This document shows positions 53,424-64,000 of a DNA stretch of 64,000 bases, piece after piece (within the stretch, counting starts at the first letter, position 1; every line of letters starts with the position of its first letter). This DNA is from Escherichia coli (GTDB lineage: Bacteria; Pseudomonadota; Gammaproteobacteria; Enterobacterales; Enterobacteriaceae). The notes under the pieces were generated by a model that was not told where the DNA came from, did not search any database, and saw only the letters and a program-made list of their open reading frames with translations. The translations under genes were made by a program, and so were the position numbers. The stretch lies in assembly GCF_030013205.1 (NCBI RefSeq), contig NZ_CP122648.1; one strand, written 5' to 3'.

Positions 53424-55079
53424 TTAACTCATCACGCGGTCGTCAACATACTGACGTTTATCCGGCGCTGGCGGGAAATACTGATACAGCCATGTTTCAC
53501 TGATAGCGTCGCCCTGACAACGCAGATACATCCGCATATCGACCGGATCAGTGGAGTCCGAAGTCGGATACCAGTCAAACTGAATACGATAACCATCAAT
53601 GGGTTCAATATAGAGAATTTCGATTTGCTTCGCTTCCCCACTGGAAAGCGTAATCACCGGCTCAATGCCTTTTGGCGCGGCAGCTTTCAGATCACCACCA
53701 ACGAAATCGACGGCAAAACGACGCGCCCATTTTTCGGGATAGTGTTCACCTGGCGCCCAACCTTCCGGGAAACCACCCATGCCGGTACGCGTCGCCATAA
53801 CGCGCGCTAATGGGCAATGAACAGGCGGTTGCGCACTCCAGTACAGACGATACTGGAATGCAAACTCATCACCCGCTTTTACAGCTTTTTCTGGCTGCCA
53901 GAAGCAGACAATGTTATCCAGCGTTTCGCCCGTTGTTGGGATTTCCATCAGGCCGATGGTGCCCTTACCCCACTTGTTACGCGGTTCCACCCACAGACTT
54001 GGGCGTTTGTTATACCAGCCCATAATGTCCTGATAATGAGAGAAATCACGATCCAGTTGCAATAGACCAAACCCTTTCGGGTTGTTGTCGGTGTAAGCAT
54101 TGAACTGCAATTTTTGCGGATTATTCAGCGGACGGCAAATCCACTCGCCATTGCCCCGCCACATGGACAGACGATCTGAGTCATGGATTTGCGGATGAAT
54201 GGTGTCGCACATCCGACGTTCATTAGTACCGCAGCTGAACATGCTGGTCATCGGCGCAATGCCCAGCTGTTTAATGTCTTTGCGCGCATACAGGTGATTT
54301 TCCACATCCATAATCACCTGACTTTTCTCACAATGGATAGTGAACTTATAGGCACCAGTAATGCTGGCGCTATCGAGCAACGCATAAACGGTAAAGGTGG
54401 TTGCCCCCGGTTTTACCGTATCAAACCAGAAGGCAGTAAAGTCGGGGAACTCTTCTTTACTGTCGGTGTAAGTGTCGATCGCCAGGCCGCGAGCCGATAG
54501 ACCGTATTGATATGTATCATCAACCGCGCGGAAATAACTCGCGCCGAGGAATGATACGACATCACGGCGCGCCAGTTCGGGGGCTTTAAACACGCGAAAA
54601 CCGGCAAAACCGAGATCGCTTTGCCCTTCTAATTGTTTGGTATCAACACCCGCATCGTTGTATTTGAACAACTCCGGGCGAAAGTGAATTTCACGCGCCA
54701 GATGTGTTGCGGGATCAACAGAAAACATACGAACGCGGCGACGGAATCCCATTCCCATATGGAAGAACTGAGCGTCCAGTTGACGGTTCTCAACGTTATG
54801 CCAGAGCGATTTTTCGGCGTCGTATTGAATACTGTTATAAGCCTGCGGCGTCATTGTCGCCAGCGTGTCAGGTAACGGACGAGGCGCACCACGCCACGCT
54901 GTTTGCGCTAAGTCGTGCGCCATTGACTGTAGAATGGAGAAGTCAAAACGTTGGGTTTGCCCGTCGGCAATATCAGAATCTGCCGCGAATGCCGCCTGAG
55001 AAAAAAGAGAAGCAATGCCGCTGGTACCGCACACGGCGGCCATAGCCATTGAACCTTTAATAAATCGTCTACGATCCAT
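53424..55079 (-). CDS. opgD: Periplasmic glucan biosynthesis protein OpgD (MdoD), 551 aa, Tat signal RRRFIK
   Basis: ORF translation; twin-arginine motif. Confidence 0.92.
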   Translation of the reverse strand: MDRRRFIKGSMAMAAVCGTSGIASLFSQAAFAADSDIADGQTQRFDFSILQSMAHDLAQTAWRGAPRPLPDTLATMTPQAYNSIQYDAEKSLWHNVENRQLDAQFFHMGMGFRRRVRMFSVDPATHLAREIHFRPELFKYNDAGVDTKQLEGQSDLGFAGFRVFKAPELARRDVVSFLGASYFRAVDDTYQYGLSARGLAIDTYTDSKEEFPDFTAFWFDTVKPGATTFTVYALLDSASITGAYKFTIHCEKSQVIMDVENHLYARKDIKQLGIAPMTSMFSCGTNERRMCDTIHPQIHDSDRLSMWRGNGEWICRPLNNPQKLQFNAYTDNNPKGFGLLQLDRDFSHYQDIMGWYNKRPSLWVEPRNKWGKGTIGLMEIPTTGETLDNIVCFWQPEKAVKAGDEFAFQYRLYWSAQPPVHCPLARVMATRTGMGGFPEGWAPGEHYPEKWARRFAVDFVGGDLKAAAPKGIEPVITLSSGEAKQIEILYIEPIDGYRIQFDWYPTSDSTDPVDMRMYLRCQGDAISETWLYQYFPPAPDKRQYVDDRVMS

Positions 55080-55303
55080 ACCTGAAAGTGAGTCCTTCTG
55101 GTGTTGTGAATGGTCCCGCGCTGGTCGTTTTCAGCGGCAAGAAAGTGCTTATTTATGACCGCTCACTCTAGACAATATTTATTAATAATCCAATTGTTGA
55201 ACTGAGAGAATATGCATAAATCGGCAATTTTTTTATGTCGATGGGATGAGCCTGATTCGTTTGTAAAATCAGGCAAATTTTTGCAAAGGCGGATGGTCAG
55301 AAT

Positions 55304-56647
55304 TTAAAGCAAACCACAGCGACGTTTACTGCGTTCTTCCGCTTCCTGATAAAGCTGGAACTCATCCAAAACCGGGCAGCCCAACGCCTGCTCAAATGCT
55401 TCGCGACTGGCATTACCGTGACTGCGTGCCTGCGTTTCATTACCCAGATTTGACTGGAAGATCCCCGCCGCGCTAACAGGCAAGAAATCTTCATAGGTAA
55501 TGGGTTGCGCCACTACCCAACCACGTTCAATTAAGGGCTGTGGATCGTCTCCGGAATGAATCGCCTGACGATGCGCCTCACCTGAAGGCGTCAGACGGTA
55601 CCGGAACCATGCCAACCCTTGCTGACGCATTAAAAACTCACTGTCAGGAAAAGTGCGGAAGGTTTCCTGTAAATGCATTTGGTGAGTGAGATTATCCTGC
55701 CCGGTTCCAGCGTTACGCAGAAGATCATCATACAGTTGTCGCCCTTTCGGCGTTAATGCCACACCACGCTGCTCTATTTCACCAAAGCGCGCGGTATGCG
55801 TACCCTGTTTCTGCCCTGCAAACAACACCGTCTCTTCCAGTGCTTTAAAGCTGGTCTGGCGTAGTAAAATCGGTACCTCGCGGCGCGGCGGCCCTTCGAT
55901 CAGAATTTTGGGTTCAATCCCGCATTCAGGCATCATCGACTGCACCCGGTCAATATCCAGCGTACGTGGCGTCAGGTGGTTGATATGGCATCCAGGAAAA
56001 CAGACCACATCAGCAATCAACCGATGTTCGTTGTGCAAGGCGCGATAGGTTTCTTCATCTACCGTTGCTGACTGGTGCCAACGAAACGTTTCCAGGGCTT
56101 CCTGCACAAACTCCTGTGCCTGTGTTTCGTTAAAACCGCCCCGCTGCTCATATTCCTCTAACAGTTGTCGACAACGTGGGGTGAAGATATCGCGCTGACG
56201 CAGAATCTCCTCCGCTTTCTGGCGCAAAATTTCGTTCTCGATAAGCTCAAGGCGGAGTAATGAAGTAAAAACGCGGAAGGGATTACGCGCCAGAGAAGCA
56301 TCATCAATGGGCCGAAATGCTGTGGAATGTACCGGCACTCCCGCCTGCGAGAGATCGTAATAGCTCACCGGGTACATCCCCATAATGGCAAACATCCGCC
56401 GAAGAGTAGCAAGCTCTTGTGCAGTCCCAACACGAATCGCCCCATGACGTTCAACATTCAGTCGCGCCAGCTCGTCTGCATTTACCATTTTTTCGTGCAG
56501 TTGAGGATTGTTTTCCAGCACAGCCAGATTCACATCAGCTACCAGTTCCAGCAGCGTGCCGTACTGCGGAACTTCTTGCTGGTACATGGCTGACATTGCC
56601 TGCGAAAACTGTTCCCGAATCTCATCCGCCGTGATGCTGTTCGCCAT
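55304..56647 (-). CDS. ydcJ: DUF1338 metalloenzyme-like protein YdcJ (447 aa)
   Basis: ORF translation and synteny. Confidence 0.85.
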   Translation of the reverse strand: MANSITADEIREQFSQAMSAMYQQEVPQYGTLLELVADVNLAVLENNPQLHEKMVNADELARLNVERHGAIRVGTAQELATLRRMFAIMGMYPVSYYDLSQAGVPVHSTAFRPIDDASLARNPFRVFTSLLRLELIENEILRQKAEEILRQRDIFTPRCRQLLEEYEQRGGFNETQAQEFVQEALETFRWHQSATVDEETYRALHNEHRLIADVVCFPGCHINHLTPRTLDIDRVQSMMPECGIEPKILIEGPPRREVPILLRQTSFKALEETVLFAGQKQGTHTARFGEIEQRGVALTPKGRQLYDDLLRNAGTGQDNLTHQMHLQETFRTFPDSEFLMRQQGLAWFRYRLTPSGEAHRQAIHSGDDPQPLIERGWVVAQPITYEDFLPVSAAGIFQSNLGNETQARSHGNASREAFEQALGCPVLDEFQLYQEAEERSKRRCGLL

Positions 56648-56863
56648 AGTGTCTGCCTCCAGTGGTCAGTAATCTGGAGTGTAGGTAACCGCATTCACTC
56701 CGGCGGGAAGAATTTACAAACTGTGATCTCGCCGCGAAAACATCAATATTATCCATTTTGCTGTAACATAATTGCTTTAATTGTTAATAATATTTTGCAA
56801 TCAAGTTATCATAATCAAACAACTTCACTTGTCAGCGACACCGCTTCGTTTTTAACATCGCTT

Positions 56864-57787
56864 ATGGAAAAAAATAGTCTGTTTAGTCAGCGCATCCGTT
56901 TGCGCCACCTTCATACATTCGTAGCTGTCGCACAACAAGGAACTTTGGGGCGCGCGGCTGAAACCCTTAATTTGAGTCAACCTGCGCTCTCTAAGACATT
57001 GAATGAACTGGAGCAGCTGACGGGCGCTCGCTTGTTTGAGCGTGGTCGTCAGGGGGCGCAACTTACTTTACCCGGCGAACAATTTTTAACGCATGCAGTC
57101 AGAGTTCTTGACGCCATCAACACTGCCGGACAGTCGCTTCATCGTAAAGAAGGTCTTAATAATGATGTCGTCAGGGTTGGTGCACTACCTACTGCGGCAC
57201 TGGGGATATTACCTTCGGTTATAGGTCAGTTTCATCAGCAACAAAAAGAAACGACCTTGCAAGTTGCGACAATGAGTAACCCTATGATTCTGGCGGGTTT
57301 GAAAACCGGGGAAATCGATATCGGCATTGGTCGGATGTCAGATCCTGAACTGATGACCGGGCTTAATTACGAACTGCTGTTTCTTGAATCGCTGAAGCTG
57401 GTTGTCCGCCCTAATCACCCGCTACTTCAGGAAAACGTAACGCTAAGCCGGGTGCTGGAATGGCCGGTCGTTGTATCACCAGAAGGCACTGCGCCACGCC
57501 AGCATTCAGATGCATTAGTGCAGAGCCAGGGATGTAAAATTCCTTCGGGTTGTATCGAAACGCTGTCTGCTTCGTTATCTCGTCAACTTACGGTTGAATA
57601 CGATTACGTGTGGTTTGTCCCTTCTGGCGCTGTAAAAGACGACCTGCGTCATGCCACGCTGGTGGCCCTGCCTGTTCCGGGACATGGTGCAGGCGAACCG
57701 ATTGGAATACTGACCCGCGTAGATGCGACGTTCTCTTCTGGTTGCCAGTTGATGATTAACGCTATTCGAAAATCAATGCCGTTCTGA
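56864..57787 (+). CDS. ydcI: LysR-family transcriptional regulator YdcI (307 aa)
   Basis: Start at internal ATG 56864 (MEKNSLFSQRIRLRHLHTFVAVAQQG...); the ORF-track N-terminal extension lies in AT-rich promoter DNA. Confidence 0.88.
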   Translation: MEKNSLFSQRIRLRHLHTFVAVAQQGTLGRAAETLNLSQPALSKTLNELEQLTGARLFERGRQGAQLTLPGEQFLTHAVRVLDAINTAGQSLHRKEGLNNDVVRVGALPTAALGILPSVIGQFHQQQKETTLQVATMSNPMILAGLKTGEIDIGIGRMSDPELMTGLNYELLFLESLKLVVRPNHPLLQENVTLSRVLEWPVVVSPEGTAPRQHSDALVQSQGCKIPSGCIETLSASLSRQLTVEYDYVWFVPSGAVKDDLRHATLVALPVPGHGAGEPIGILTRVDATFSSGCQLMINAIRKSMPF

Positions 57788-57824
57788 AAGGTGAAGGGAT
57801 CTGTCGATCCCTCCTTTAACATTT

Positions 57825-59465
57825 TCACACCGTAGCGAAACTAACTGGTTTATCAACTCCGCGAGGTTCTGCGGACACAGAATGTTTGTTCAGACGGAAT
57901 ACGTCCACCGCCTCAGTTAATCGTGCAGCCTGTTCTTCAAGGGACACCGCCGCTGCTGAGGCTTCTTCTACCAGAGAAGCATTCTGTTGCGTCACCTTAT
58001 CCATTTCAGAAATCGCCTGGCTAACCTGCGTTATGCCCCTACTTTGCTCATCCGAGGCGGCGGCAATTTCCTGCATGATATGTGTGACACTCGCGACGGC
58101 ATCAACAATAGTGCTCATGGTTTTCCCTGCCGTTGCCACCTCATCCGACCCCAGGTCAATTAACCTGACTGATTCACTGATCAAGCCTTCAATCTCTTTC
58201 GCCGCCTGAGCGCTGCGGCTTGCGAGTGTCCGTACTTCGCTGGCGACAACGGCAAATCCACGTCCTTGCTCACCCGCTCGCGCGGCTTCAACGGCAGCAT
58301 TCAATGCCAGAATATTCGTCTGGAAAGCAATACTGTTGATGACGGCGGTGATCTCGGAAATTTTCTTCGAACTCGTGGAGATAGCGCCCATCGTTTTTAC
58401 TACACCGGAAACCGTCTGCCCGCCATCGCTGGCTTTAATAGAAGCCTCCTGCGCCAGTTTGCTGGCATGATGCGCGTTATCTGCATTCTGTTTCACCGTC
58501 GCAGTGAGTTGCTCCATGCTGGCGGCAGTTTGTTCAATTGCCGCCGCTTGTTCTTCAGTGCGAGATGAAAGGTCCGCATTGCCAGCGGAAATTTCGCTGG
58601 TGCCACGATAAATCTCTTCCGCGCCCTGTCGAACGGTCCCTACTGTCATCCCCAGCGAATGCTGCATTTGCTGTAAATGACGACTTAAGCGACCGATTTC
58701 ATTACGACCCGCCGGTTCATCATTCAACGTCAGATCGCCACTGGCGATTTTTTCAATCCGTTGTGCGGCATGTTGCAGTGGACGAATGACAATCCGACGT
58801 AGCACCATAAATGTTATCAGTGTCATGACCAGAGCAAGCACAAACGCGCCAATCATGAACATCCCACCCAAGCGGGTGCGCTGATGGGCCAGTTCCGCCA
58901 GTTGGTTGGCTCTGGTGCTACGTATCTTAACGGCTTTGCTCAAAATATCGGTATAAGCATTATCCAGCGGTCGGATCTGCTCACTTTCATGATTGATAAT
59001 CGCTTCAAACATGCCATTTTTGGCATATTTCAACATCGGTTGCATACCCGTGATATAAGCCTGGAAGCGTTGATTTAATTCAGTGTCGAGGGCTTCATCA
59101 GCAGGTGTTTTCACCGACCGATTCTGATAAGCACGATAACCTTGCTGCGACTGTTTAATCTCCGATTCGGCTTGCGCAATATTTCGCTTCATTGCTTCCA
59201 TTTCCGCAATACGACTCGCAGCACCGGCCTGAATCATATTGATCCGGGCTGAACGCAAAAAATCTGAACTGTTCGCTAACCCGGTCCGAATCTCAATCTC
59301 CGCAGTAACATCACGCTGATCGCGATCGGCCTGCCAAAGGAAATAGCCGGCCAGGGCTGAACTTAATGCGAATAGAACTAAGATACCGCCAAGAATGCAG
59401 GCAAATAACGGAACCAGCCTGATGTGATGCAAAAAACCTAATCGCTGTGAGGGAGTTGTATTCAT
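57825..59465 (-). CDS. trg: Methyl-accepting chemotaxis protein III Trg (ribose/galactose sensor), 546 aa
   Basis: Two TM segments, HAMP, conserved MCP signalling domain. Confidence 0.92.
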   Translation of the reverse strand: MNTTPSQRLGFLHHIRLVPLFACILGGILVLFALSSALAGYFLWQADRDQRDVTAEIEIRTGLANSSDFLRSARINMIQAGAASRIAEMEAMKRNIAQAESEIKQSQQGYRAYQNRSVKTPADEALDTELNQRFQAYITGMQPMLKYAKNGMFEAIINHESEQIRPLDNAYTDILSKAVKIRSTRANQLAELAHQRTRLGGMFMIGAFVLALVMTLITFMVLRRIVIRPLQHAAQRIEKIASGDLTLNDEPAGRNEIGRLSRHLQQMQHSLGMTVGTVRQGAEEIYRGTSEISAGNADLSSRTEEQAAAIEQTAASMEQLTATVKQNADNAHHASKLAQEASIKASDGGQTVSGVVKTMGAISTSSKKISEITAVINSIAFQTNILALNAAVEAARAGEQGRGFAVVASEVRTLASRSAQAAKEIEGLISESVRLIDLGSDEVATAGKTMSTIVDAVASVTHIMQEIAAASDEQSRGITQVSQAISEMDKVTQQNASLVEEASAAAVSLEEQAARLTEAVDVFRLNKHSVSAEPRGVDKPVSFATV

Positions 59466-59749
59466 TACCGTTGTCTCTCTTCCAGGTTTACTCCTGATAG
59501 AAAGTCATCGGCACTTGACGGTAATTTCTTACGACCAAAAACCTCTTTGCGTCACATTTTTACAACAATTATGGCAGAGAAGAATAATGCCATTGGAATG
59601 AAGAGAGTAACGAATGATTAAACTGGCTAAACCGAATGACGAAAAATTCTGGAAAACAGCACGCAATTTCGTGAAGTGATTATTTTCGTCCCTAAGGAAA
59701 CCTCATAGGATGCCTGCGGGTGCCTGAGACTTTCTGTTTTCAGGCTAAC

Positions 59750-59805
59750 CGGGAATCAGAAAGACGAAGGCCCCGACCGATATTTCTATCAACCGAGGCC
59801 AACGA

Positions 59806-59815
<10 letters not shown>
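59750..59815 (-). ncRNA. sokB: Probable SokB antisense RNA region of the hokB/mokB/sokB type I TA locus (coordinates approximate)
   Basis: Inferred from the hok/sok architecture (antisense overlapping the mok start); not directly delimited. Confidence 0.3.
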
Positions 59816-60013
<198 letters not shown>

Positions 60014-60084
60014 GGGCAAGCGCGGGGATTTTCCCCGCGCATCTGACTAGCAGATTCATTTTCTCATGGCACCCCTTTTACACT

Positions 60085-60258
60085 TCAGTTAGTGCATGTT
60101 TTTTTCGATGCACTAATAGAACCATCATTACAGACAAATTTGCCGCCTGCCGTACAGTGTGAGATCCCCCCTTTCGAACCAGAACAGGGTTTGCGCCCGG
60201 CATCGGCATAAAAGGAAACAAGCGTTCCCATAAACAAGATAAGTGCCAGTTTTTTCAT
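60085..60258 (-). CDS. ydcA: Small Cys-rich lipoprotein-like protein YdcA (57 aa)
   Basis: Hand translation MKKLALILFMGTLVSFYADAGRKPCSGSKGGISHCTAGGKFVCNDGSISASKKTCTN with GGAGG RBS. Confidence 0.7.
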   Translation of the reverse strand: MKKLALILFMGTLVSFYADAGRKPCSGSKGGISHCTAGGKFVCNDGSISASKKTCTN

Positions 60259-60428
60259 ATAACCTCCATGGTTTATCGAATCTTATGTTCGATTTGAACG
60301 TTATACGCTGGTTTATTTTGATACCGTTGATGAGATCAAAGATCGGGCGAATTGATTAAAGATAAGCCAGATGGACGTATGGATAAGGATTATGGTTTTA
60401 TTTGTCATACAAATAAATATAATAGGCG

Positions 60429-60493
60429 CTTCCGATGTAGACCCGTATTCTTCGCCTGTACCACGGGTCGGTTTTAGTACAGGCGTTTTCTTT
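60429..60493 (+). ncRNA. rydC: Hfq-dependent small RNA RydC (about 65 nt) ending in an intrinsic terminator
   Basis: Sequence cttccgatgtagacccgtattcttcgcctgtaccacgggtcggttttagtacaggcgttttcttt recognised from memory as RydC; terminator hairpin cctgtac/gtacagg plus T-run; convergent with cybB. Confidence 0.6.
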
Positions 60494-60502
60494 AAATATC
60501 CT

Positions 60503-61033
60503 TCAGGAACGTTTACGCGGCATCATGCGTAGAAGTGTGTTGTCCTTCCAGAAATAGTGGTGTGCCAGTGCAGCCGCAGCGTGCAACCCGATGACAAAAT
60601 ATCCCAGATTCGCCAGCGTCTCATGCCACGACTTTAAGCTATCAACCCGTTCGAAATTGGCCTCTGATGCATAAGGCATCGTCATACCAAACGCAAACCA
60701 CGGGTTACCCCGGTTATACATCATCACCAAACCAATCACTGGCAGCGCAATAAACAGGAGATAGATCACCAAATGTCCCAAATGCGCCAGTCCCGTCATC
60801 ATCGGTTTTGGCTTAGGTATAATCGGCGGGGTTGGGTATTTCAGCCTTAACAAAAGACGAACCACCATCAGCACGAGAATTGATATGCCACAGGAAACAT
60901 GAATCATGTTGATGAGTGGTCGATCGCTACGTGGGAAGAAACCCCGAAACTCCATTGCGCAATACGCTGCGATAACCAGCAAAAAGACCAGCCAGTGAAT
61001 GCTGATTTGTAACCTTGAGTATTTATTTTCCAT
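60503..61033 (-). CDS. cybB: Cytochrome b561 CybB (176 aa)
   Basis: Start at internal ATG 61033 (MENKYSRLQISIHWLVF...). Confidence 0.9.
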   Translation of the reverse strand: MENKYSRLQISIHWLVFLLVIAAYCAMEFRGFFPRSDRPLINMIHVSCGISILVLMVVRLLLRLKYPTPPIIPKPKPMMTGLAHLGHLVIYLLFIALPVIGLVMMYNRGNPWFAFGMTMPYASEANFERVDSLKSWHETLANLGYFVIGLHAAAALAHHYFWKDNTLLRMMPRKRS

Positions 61034-61221
61034 AACATTTCCTGCTTTAAAACAATTTTCCGTTAACATAACGAGCTTTTCTTAAAATTTCATTAAATAT
61101 TGTTCACCCGTTTTCAGTACGTTACGTTTCACTGTAAGAATGGAGATTGCCCATCCCACAATCCTGGGCTAAGCCTGGAAAGGATCAATTTTCATCCGAA
61201 CGTTCCTGACAGGAGAAAACC

Positions 61222-62223
61222 ATGAGTAAAGTTGGTATTAACGGTTTTGGTCGTATCGGTCGACTGGTGTTGCGTCGATTACTTGAAGTCAAAAGCAACA
61301 TAGACGTTGTCGCTATTAATGATCTCACTTCCCCAAAAATTCTCGCCTACCTGCTGAAACATGATTCAAACTACGGACCGTTCCCCTGGAGCGTTGATTT
61401 TACGGAAGATTCACTTATCGTTGATGGAAAAAGCATCGCGGTTTACGCCGAAAAAGAGGCTAAAAATATTCCGTGGAAAGCGAAAGGCGCAGAAATCATT
61501 GTCGAATGTACTGGCTTTTATACCTCCGCCGAGAAATCGCAGGCGCATCTTGATGCTGGTGCGAAGAAGGTGTTGATTTCCGCCCCTGCCGGTGAAATGA
61601 AAACCATCGTTTATAACGTCAATGACGACACACTGGATGGCAACGACACCATTGTTTCCGTGGCGTCATGCACCACTAATTGTCTTGCACCGATGGCCAA
61701 AGCCTTGCACGACAGTTTCGGAATAGAAGTCGGCACGATGACGACCATTCATGCCTATACCGGCACTCAGTCACTGGTGGATGGCCCGCGTGGTAAAGAT
61801 CTACGCGCTTCACGTGCAGCGGCAGAAAATATCATTCCCCACACTACGGGGGCGGCAAAAGCCATTGGTCTGGTGATCCCAGAACTGAGCGGCAAACTGA
61901 AAGGTCATGCACAACGCGTACCCGTGAAAACCGGTTCGGTGACTGAACTGGTGTCTATTCTTGGAAAAAAAGTGACTGCCGAAGAGGTGAACAACGCGCT
62001 TAAAAACGCGACAAACAATAACGAGTCATTTGGTTATACCGATGAAGAAATAGTCTCTTCTGATATCATAGGCAGCCATTTCGGGTCGGTGTTTGATGCC
62101 ACGCAAACCGAAATTACCGCCGTGGGCGATTTACAACTGGTGAAAACGGTCGCCTGGTACGATAACGAATATGGCTTCGTCACACAGCTCATTCGCACCC
62201 TCGAAAAATTCGCTAAACTCTGA
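61222..62223 (+). CDS. gapC: Intact glyceraldehyde-3-phosphate dehydrogenase GapC (333 aa); this gene is a split pseudogene in K-12
   Basis: Uninterrupted ORF with NAD-binding GFGRIGR and catalytic SCTTNC motifs. Confidence 0.88.
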   Translation: MSKVGINGFGRIGRLVLRRLLEVKSNIDVVAINDLTSPKILAYLLKHDSNYGPFPWSVDFTEDSLIVDGKSIAVYAEKEAKNIPWKAKGAEIIVECTGFYTSAEKSQAHLDAGAKKVLISAPAGEMKTIVYNVNDDTLDGNDTIVSVASCTTNCLAPMAKALHDSFGIEVGTMTTIHAYTGTQSLVDGPRGKDLRASRAAAENIIPHTTGAAKAIGLVIPELSGKLKGHAQRVPVKTGSVTELVSILGKKVTAEEVNNALKNATNNNESFGYTDEEIVSSDIIGSHFGSVFDATQTEITAVGDLQLVKTVAWYDNEYGFVTQLIRTLEKFAKL

Positions 62224-62264
62224 CGCACACAGGCGGAGGAAAAAACCTCCGCCTCTTTCACTCA

Positions 62265-63704
62265 TTACGACTGTAAATAAACCACCTGGGTCTGCAGGTA
62301 TTCATGCAGGCCATGTTTGCCATCTGCGCCGCCAATACCGGATTTACGCCATCCGGCGTGGAATCCTTGCATAGCTTCGAAGTTTTCACGGTTGAAGTAA
62401 GTTTCACCAAACTTCAGCCCTTTAATGGCTTTCATCGCGACGTTCAGATTTTGGGTATAGATTGATGAGGTCAGGCCGTAATCACTGTCATTAGCCATTG
62501 CGATAGCATCTTCCAGCGTGTCAAATGCGACCACCGGCAGAACCGGGCCAAAGGTTTCCTCATGCATAATCGACATTTCCTGGCGAACATCCAGCAGCAA
62601 TGTCGGCGGATAATAATATCCTTTCCCCTCTACTGCTTTTCCACCCAACGCCACTCTCGCCCCTTCTTCTACTGCGCGCGCCACTTTTTGCTCGACCCTT
62701 TCCAGCGCCGCGGCGTTAATCAACGGCCCCATCGCAATGTCGTTGCGTTCAACGGGGTTACCAAATTGCACCGCCTGCATCGCTTCACCCAGCCGATTGA
62801 CAAACTGATCATAAATGCCTTTCTGTACATAAACACGTTCTGCACAGTTACACACTTGCCCACTATTAATGACGCGTGAATCAACGATGGCTTTGACTGC
62901 CAGTTCAAGATCGGCATCGTCCATTACGATAGCCGGTGCTTTACCCCCCAGTTCCAGGCACACTTTGGTGATGTTTTTCGCCGCAGTCGCCATAATCTTT
63001 TCACCTGCAGAGACGCTGCCTGTCATACTGACCATTGCGACCTTTGGGTTACCCGCCAGTTCTTGCCCAACGGTTTCACCACGCCCCAGAACAAGGTTAA
63101 ACACGCCGCGCGGAAGGCCTATTTCATCGACGATTTTGGCGAATGCAATCGCATTGTTTGGCGTAAATTCACTGGGTTTAATGACGATGGTATTACCGGT
63201 CAAAAGAGCGGGAGCCATTTTGCGGGCAATGAGGAAGAACGGGAAGTTCCACGGCAGAATGCCGGTAGTCACGCCAAGCGCACGTTTAAACAGAAGAATA
63301 TTTTCTCCTGGACGATCGCTTTGAATAATCTCGCCTTCATAACGCCGTGCCCACTCCGCCATGTAATCGATATAGTCCGCAGTAAAAGCCACTTCGACTT
63401 CAGCCAGCTGCTGGATCTTACCCCCTTCTTCAACAATCAGCGTACTGATTTCACTGGCGCGTTTGCGGATCCCGGCGGAGATTTTGCGCAACCAACTGGC
63501 GCGTTCAATAGCAGGCAACGCTTCCCATTCTGGTTGTGCACGTTCTGCTGCATCGATTGCCTTACGGGCATCCTCGGCCTGACCATCGGGAATGCGGGAA
63601 ATGACAGCCTCTGTAGCAGGGTTTACCACATCAATCCATGCGTCTCCACGCCAGGTAACAAACTGTCCATCAATATACATAGGATGTTGAACGGGTACTG
63701 ACAT
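62265..63704 (-). CDS. aldA: Lactaldehyde dehydrogenase AldA (479 aa)
   Basis: ORF translation; aldehyde dehydrogenase motifs. Confidence 0.92.
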   Translation of the reverse strand: MSVPVQHPMYIDGQFVTWRGDAWIDVVNPATEAVISRIPDGQAEDARKAIDAAERAQPEWEALPAIERASWLRKISAGIRKRASEISTLIVEEGGKIQQLAEVEVAFTADYIDYMAEWARRYEGEIIQSDRPGENILLFKRALGVTTGILPWNFPFFLIARKMAPALLTGNTIVIKPSEFTPNNAIAFAKIVDEIGLPRGVFNLVLGRGETVGQELAGNPKVAMVSMTGSVSAGEKIMATAAKNITKVCLELGGKAPAIVMDDADLELAVKAIVDSRVINSGQVCNCAERVYVQKGIYDQFVNRLGEAMQAVQFGNPVERNDIAMGPLINAAALERVEQKVARAVEEGARVALGGKAVEGKGYYYPPTLLLDVRQEMSIMHEETFGPVLPVVAFDTLEDAIAMANDSDYGLTSSIYTQNLNVAMKAIKGLKFGETYFNRENFEAMQGFHAGWRKSGIGGADGKHGLHEYLQTQVVYLQS

Positions 63705-63900
63705 GAGCGACTCCTGTGATTTATATGTTTGTTTTTGGTAAATGCATTGTTAATTAACATCAATCATCATAGAGACGGCATCATGAAAGGACAATTCTGT
63801 GAAGGGCTTCATAAAAACAAGTGTAAAAGGAATAAGAGGCAGAAATAAAAGGCAGGAGTTATGCCCGTTTGCAAACAAGTGGTTCACAAACGGGCAATTT

Positions 63901-64000
63901 TTAACGTAACGAGCGACTTTCCATAGCCTCGATGAGCACCGCATCGTGTTTCAGCGTTTGCCATGCATGGATGACTTCTGCCGGAAAATCAACGTGAACA
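63901..64000 (-). CDS. 3' end of a minus-strand gene running off the window edge (C-terminus ...[10 protein letters not shown]), probably the K-12 neighbour of aldA (ydcF)
   Basis: Open frame from the window edge to the stop at 63901-63903; identity by synteny only. Confidence 0.35.

Noticed and set aside
63063-63701. 212-aa plus-strand ORF inside aldA
   Set aside because: Antisense shadow ORF of a conserved dehydrogenase gene

Overview
This 64 kb window is Escherichia coli chromosome, recognised from the translated ORFs and gene order. It matches the K-12 yddW-dosCP-ddpXABCDF-osmC-bdm-sra-maeA-adhP-fdnGHI-yddG-narU ... ydcSTU-hicAB-tehAB-opgD-trg-cybB-gapC-aldA neighbourhood, read in reverse orientation to the standard K-12 map. 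Gene calls come from the six-frame translations and from memory of the protein families; no database search was run, and coordinates of non-coding features are approximate. Most of the window is ordinary core genome (c-di-GMP oxygen sensor dosCP, D-Ala-D-Ala dipeptide operon, formate dehydrogenase-N with a selenocysteine codon, malic enzyme, transporters, regulators). Several small toxin-antitoxin loci are present (hicAB, hokB/mokB, orphan ortT, orphan HigA-like yddM). The parts that differ from the K-12 reference, and are most worth a second look, are: (1) an AT-rich accessory islet between yddG and narU with an intact porin and two tandem leucine-rich-repeat proteins that look like IpaH/YopM-type LRR domains without the E3-ligase domain; (2) an IS91-family element (ORF121 plus rolling-circle transposase) that joins a 3'-truncated narZ directly to a 5'-truncated yncD, implying loss of the intervening K-12 segment; (3) an ABC transporter operon (ydcSTU) with only one permease gene and a roughly 35-codon out-of-frame remnant of ydcV; (4) a 1-nt frameshift in a T-run splitting ydcO; (5) an intact gapC. 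No CRISPR array, rRNA or tRNA gene or prophage was seen.
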